Shown in pieces: positions 38,012-44,757 of a DNA stretch of 44,757 nt; the stretch's first letter is position 1; every line of letters begins with the position of its first letter. Under the pieces are notes generated by a model. The model saw only the letters and a program-made list of their open reading frames with translations. It ran no database searches and was not told where the DNA came from. The stretch comes from Gemmatimonadales bacterium (GTDB lineage: Bacteria > Gemmatimonadota > Gemmatimonadetes > Gemmatimonadales > GWC2-71-9): assembly GCA_045803515.1 (NCBI GenBank), contig JBJMOX010000144.1, positions 1 to 44,757 of the forward strand. Reading direction: 5' to 3'. The position numbers and the translations under genes were made by a program.

Positions 38012-38851
38012 CTATAATGTCGACGGGTGCAGGTTGGTTCCCTCCGGGAGCAGCGCGGTGGCGCGGCTGGCCTGGTACTCGCAGAAGATGCAGCGCTTCG
38101 AGTTCCGGTGATGCAGCTTGGCGCAGGCGATCGCCTGCCGGCCCCTGCGTGCGAGGTAGAGTTGGGCCGCGGCGAGCATGCCCAAGGGCGGTGCCGTGAA
38201 GTAGATCCAGATCGCGGTCCAGTTGCCGCCGAAGAACGCGGATCCAAAGGTGCGCGCGGGGTTCATGCTCATCCCCGACAGTGGCGCCTCGAACGTGATG
38301 TAACTGGCTACCAGGACGCCCGCACAGAGCCCGGTGTACGCCGCCCACCGGGGATGGTTGGACACCGACAGCACGACCAGCACCAGCAGGCAGGAGATCC
38401 CGGCCTCGGCGACGAAAGCGACGGCCACTCCGCTCGAGCCGGGGAGGGTGGCGGCATATCCGACCCGCGGGTCGGCCAGGAGGCTGCCCAGCGCCAGGCG
38501 CGCGATCAGTACGCCCCCGACTCCCCCGGTGAACTGGGCGAGCATGTAGGCTGCGGCGTCCCGCGGCGCGACCTTACCCAATCGGGTGAAGGTGAGCGTG
38601 ATGGCCGGATTCATGTGCGCGCCGGATTGCTTGCCCCACGGTGAGTAGATCAGCAGGATCGCGGTCGCTCCCATGGCGAGCCCTATCAGCAGTCGGCGGC
38701 TGAACGGGTCGGGAATGGCGCCGTGCACCGGCGATGCGGGATGCTCCAGCAGCACGGTGAACCCGCAGGCCGAGATCATGAACAGCCCAAGCAGCGCCCC
38801 CTCCATCAGGTATTCCGCTAGATGATGCTCAGCGAGCGACGGACTGCGCAC
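38012..38851 (-). CDS. Aquaporin (MIP family) with Cys/His-rich C-terminal tail
   Basis: SGAHMNPA and SMNPART NPA motifs, six hydrophobic helices; tail CAKLHH...RCIFC; start uncertain. Confidence 0.92.
   Translation of the reverse strand: MRSPSLAEHHLAEYLMEGALLGLFMISACGFTVLLEHPASPVHGAIPDPFSRRLLIGLAMGATAILLIYSPWGKQSGAHMNPAITLTFTRLGKVAPRDAAAYMLAQFTGGVGGVLIARLALGSLLADPRVGYAATLPGSSGVAVAFVAEAGISCLLVLVVLSVSNHPRWAAYTGLCAGVLVASYITFEAPLSGMSMNPARTFGSAFFGGNWTAIWIYFTAPPLGMLAAAQLYLARRGRQAIACAKLHHRNSKRCIFCEYQASRATALLPEGTNLHPSTL
38016..38041 (-). promoter_or_regulatory. Internal ECF-sigma promoter upstream of DM13/spondin-GMC-VOC-GlcDH
   Basis: Minus strand GGAAC-N17-CATT within the last codons of the aquaporin gene. 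Confidence 0.65.
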
Positions 38852-40810
38852 GACGCGGTCTTTCCGGCTGGGGAAGCTCCGGCCCGCCGAGGACCAGGCG
38901 ATCCAGCCTGAGCGCCTCGCCCACCGACCACGCCTGGAACGGGCAGCCCCGCGGCGTGTGAGGCGGCTCCGCGTCGGCGATCTCCGAAATGTGGCCCACG
39001 CCCGCCTCCGACAGGTGATCGAGCAGCGGTTGGAAGAACCGCCGCCGTGCCTCGGCCCGCACATCGCTACCGCCTCCACGCACCCGCACCCAGGCCTCCA
39101 CGAACGGACCGAGCAACCAGGGCCAGACGGTGCCCTGGTGGTACCCGCCGTCGCGCTCCCGAATGCCACCCTCGTATCGCGGCGTGTAACCCTCCGCACC
39201 GGGTGCCAGCGTCCGGAGACCGAGCGGGGTCCAGAGCTGACGCTCGACCGCGTCGACGATCTGGCGGGCCCGCTCGCCTTCCACCAGGGCGTGCGGCAAT
39301 CCGCCGATCGCGAGGATCTGGTTGGGCCGCATGGTGGCGTCCAGGCGGCCGGGCACATGGTCGGCATCGATCACGTCATTGAGCCAACCAGCCGCCGGGT
39401 TCCAGAAGCGCCGGCCGAAGCTCTCCACACCCCTGGCGTAGAGCGCCCGGTATTCCGCCGTGAAGCGCTCGGCGATGCTCAGCGCATTGAGCCACAATGC
39501 CTGGATCTCGACCGGTTTGCCGATCCGCGGCGTCACCACCCAGTCGCCGACCTTCGCGTCCATCCAGGTGAGCTGCGCGCCGGGCACGCCGGCGGCGAGC
39601 AGGCCATCCTCCGCGGCCTTGATGCCGTAGCGGGTGCCGTGCACGTGTCCGGCCAGGATCGCCTGTATCGCCAGACCCAACGTCTTCCGGTCGCGCGCGC
39701 GGGCCGGCCGGCCCGCGGCCTCGGCGGCCTCGAGATACTCGTGGGCGGCGACGATATACCAGAGCGAGGCGTCGACCGTGTTGTACTCGGGGGCATCGCC
39801 CTGGTCGACGAAGCGGTTGGGGAGCATGCCTTCGGACACGAGGCCGGCCCACTCGAGCAGAATCGAGCGGGCGTCCGCCAGGCGTCCGGTCGCGAGGCAG
39901 AGTCCTCGCAGCGCAATGAAGGTGTCGCGCCCCCAGTCGGTGAACCAGGGATAGCCCGCGACGATGGTCTTGCCCGGGTCGCGCCGCACCAGGTACGCGT
40001 CACCGGCGCGCTCCAGGCGGGTGGCGAACCGGGCACGCCGGGCGCGCTCCGAGCGGCGGAAGCGGCTGAACCCGTCCGCGGCGCCGAGGTCGTCCGGGAG
40101 CGCGCCGTCGGTCCCCAGGAGGAGAACGGCATCGGTCTTGGAGAGGTCCCAGTGGAAGACGCCCGGGGCCGCCAGGTCCTCGGCGTCGTCCAGGCCCCGC
40201 GCCCGCTCCTCCGAGTAGAGGAAGCCACGATACCATTGCGGCTCCGCATGGTAGCTGCCGTTGGAGAGGGCGCGCACCGCCGGCACGCCATCATAGGGAT
40301 GCCACTCCACCCGCTGAGGCGACGTCACCTCCATGAAGCGGAATGCCGGATTCTCGTGATGCAGGGCATGCGAGTCGCGCCCGGAGAGGAAGGGGCGCAC
40401 CGCGAAGGACAGCTCGGTGGCGCGCGGGCCGATCAGCCGCCAGCGGAGCGCCACGACAGCCCGCCCTTGCGGCACGAACAGCTCGTGCTCGATCCGGGTG
40501 CCGTCGCCGAGGCGATAGGTCCAGGTCGGCCACGGCTCGTCGGCGAACGACTCGAGCGTGGCTCCGTGCTCCGGCGCGAGCACTCCCGGGACGTAGCGCT
40601 GGCGGGTGAGAAATTCCGGCCCGGCGCCGGACTCGGTCCAGGCGTCCAGCCCGTTCACCAGGACCATGCGGCCGGTCGGCGGAGTCGTGGCCGTCAGCAG
40701 CAAGGCGTGGTAGCGTCGGGTGCGCACGCCGAGCGTGGTGCCGGAGGCGAAACCGCCCTGGCCATCGGCCTCCAGCCATTCGGTGCGGTCGTCCACCGCG
40801 ATCGGCCCGC

Positions 40811-40814
<4 letters not shown>
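38829..40814 (-). CDS. Amylo-alpha-1,6-glucosidase / glycogen debranching enzyme (archaeal-type)
   Basis: [70 protein letters not shown]. Confidence 0.92.
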
Positions 40815-43531
<2,717 letters not shown>

Positions 43532-43605
43532 GAGATGCCTCCCGACGCGAGGCTACGGCTCGCGTCCTCCATCGGTTGATGTTGTGGGTGGTGACTTCCG
43601 GTTAG

Positions 43606-43631
43606 AACGCCATGTGAACGGGATGGGTTCC
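43606..43631 (-). promoter_or_regulatory. ECF-sigma promoter of the GH63 operon, with -35 inside a dyad
   Basis: Minus strand GGAAC-N17-CGTT; the -35 sits in CGGGATGG-AAC-CCATCCCG. Confidence 0.72.
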
Positions 43632-43651
43632 ATCCCGGCCGCGCCGCGGAC

Positions 43652-43864
43652 TTACCCCGCCGTCTCCGCGTCGAGCCGCAGCTTGATCCTGGTCATGAGG
43701 TCACCCGGCGGGGCGATCCGTCGAAGGCGGGCACGAATGTCGTGGATCAGCCTGATCTCGAACCGGTACCGGCTGGCGCAGTCGCTGCACTCCTCGAGAT
43801 GCCGCTCGACCAACTGCAGGTCGTCCGCCGAAAGCTCGCGGTCGAGGTAATCATCGAGCCGCTG
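43652..43864 (-). pseudogene. Second ZAS anti-sigma paralogue with degenerate N-terminus
   Basis: QRLDDYLDRELS...HLEECSDC...RLRRIAPPGDL aligns by eye with the 29807 protein but lacks the first Cys and a nearby start; nearest in-frame ATG is 43999. Confidence 0.6.
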
Positions 43865-43920
43865 AAGGAGCCCTTGAGCCCTGCGGGTGACCTGCTTGGA
43901 ATATGCTCGACTGGCGGAAA

Positions 43921-43946
43921 AACGTGGCGTCGTGGGGAATGGTTCC
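43921..43946 (-). promoter_or_regulatory. ECF-sigma promoter upstream of the second ZAS gene
   Basis: Minus strand GGAAC-N17-CGTT. Confidence 0.65.
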
Positions 43947-43997
43947 AGGGTAGGTTCCGGTGAACCCGTTTGCCAAACAAGAACGCCGGGGAGCTTC

Positions 43998-44757
43998 ATG
44001 ATCCTCCTCACGCACAGCGGCCAGCTACCACGCGCCCTGCCAGCCTGGCTGGCGACTCTGGTCCTGCTCGGGCTGCCATTCGGGACCCAGGCACAAACGA
44101 CCGCCACTAGCCTGGCAAGCCGGATCCCGGCGCCAACGGGTCCGTTCGCCGTCGGGCGAGTGGAATTGCAGTGGACCGACTCCTCGCGCACGGAACCGTT
44201 CGTGTCCGCCCTCTCCGCGCGGCGTGAGCTGCTCGTGTATCTCTGGTATCCCGCTGACGTAGGTCCCGGCGCGCCCTTTGCGGATTATATCCCGCACATT
44301 GCCACGATCGCCGCGGCGATCGGGGACAGCGCTCTGAACCAGGAGCTGGGCAGCGCGCGATCGGCCATCATGTCGGGAGCGCTGCGATCTCATTCGGTCG
44401 ACAATCCGCCGGTCCGAGCGGCCGGGCGGCCGTTCCCGGTCCTGGTCTTCTCCCCCGGGTTTGGGGAATCGAGTCTCACCTACTCGGCGCAGCTCGAGGA
44501 TCTCGCCAGCCACGGATACGTCGTGATCGGGATCGAGCACCCGTTCGACACCTATGCCGTCCGACTGTCCTCAGACCGCGTGGCACGCTTCGCGGCGGCA
44601 CAATGGGATTCGGCTCGCGCCAGGCCGAACGGCGCAGTCGGCTATCAGCTCGCGCAGGTGCCCCTCCGCGCGGGCGACGTGCGCTGGGTGCTCGGCCAGC
44701 TGGGCCGGTCCGGCGTCCTGCCCGGCATGGCACGCTTTGCCGGCGCTCTCGATCTCC
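43998..44757 (+). CDS. Secreted PAF-acetylhydrolase-like alpha/beta hydrolase, 3'-truncated (absent from the ORF track)
   Basis: My translation: MILLTHSG...PAPTGPFAVG...WTDSSR...RELLVYLWYPA...PVLVFSPGFG...EDLASHGYVVIGIEHP; open to the window end. Confidence 0.88.
   Translation, partial: MILLTHSGQLPRALPAWLATLVLLGLPFGTQAQTTATSLASRIPAPTGPFAVGRVELQWTDSSRTEPFVSALSARRELLVYLWYPADVGPGAPFADYIPHIATIAAAIGDSALNQELGSARSAIMSGALRSHSVDNPPVRAAGRPFPVLVFSPGFGESSLTYSAQLEDLASHGYVVIGIEHPFDTYAVRLSSDRVARFAAAQWDSARARPNGAVGYQLAQVPLRAGDVRWVLGQLGRSGVLPGMARFAGALDL

Overview
GC-rich bacterial window, probably Gemmatimonadota (inferred from gene style only). Four blocks. (1) 1-5046: end of a dpp/opp peptide ABC operon, with a ~230-bp repeat-ended insertion between its two ATPase genes, followed by csbD. 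(2) 5057-19369: a compact chemosensory and flagellar regulatory module. It has cheA-W-B-R-REC-Hpt, a sensorless kinase, two single-domain receivers, a REC-HD-GYP protein, flgN, fliA, flhG, a sigma54 activator and flgM-cheY-cheZ, with recognisable sigma54 and sigma28 promoters, but no flagellar structural or export gene, no flhF and no chemoreceptor. (3) 19440-21871: phzF-like gene, csaA, a lipoprotein and an M55 peptidase. (4) ~21980-43950: a ~22-kb stress/redox/sugar block with a SigR/SigH-like ECF sigma and ZAS anti-sigma pair. Five GGAACC-N16-C[AG]TT promoter matches precede its units: glcG-cupin-lactonase; FMN reductase...ECF-ZAS; GH63-debranching enzyme-aquaporin; DM13/spondin-GMC-VOC-glucose dehydrogenase; and a second, degenerate ZAS gene. 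A truncated secreted alpha/beta hydrolase ends the window. No rRNA, tRNA, CRISPR array or transposase was seen. All calls come from motif recognition by eye; no database searches were run.
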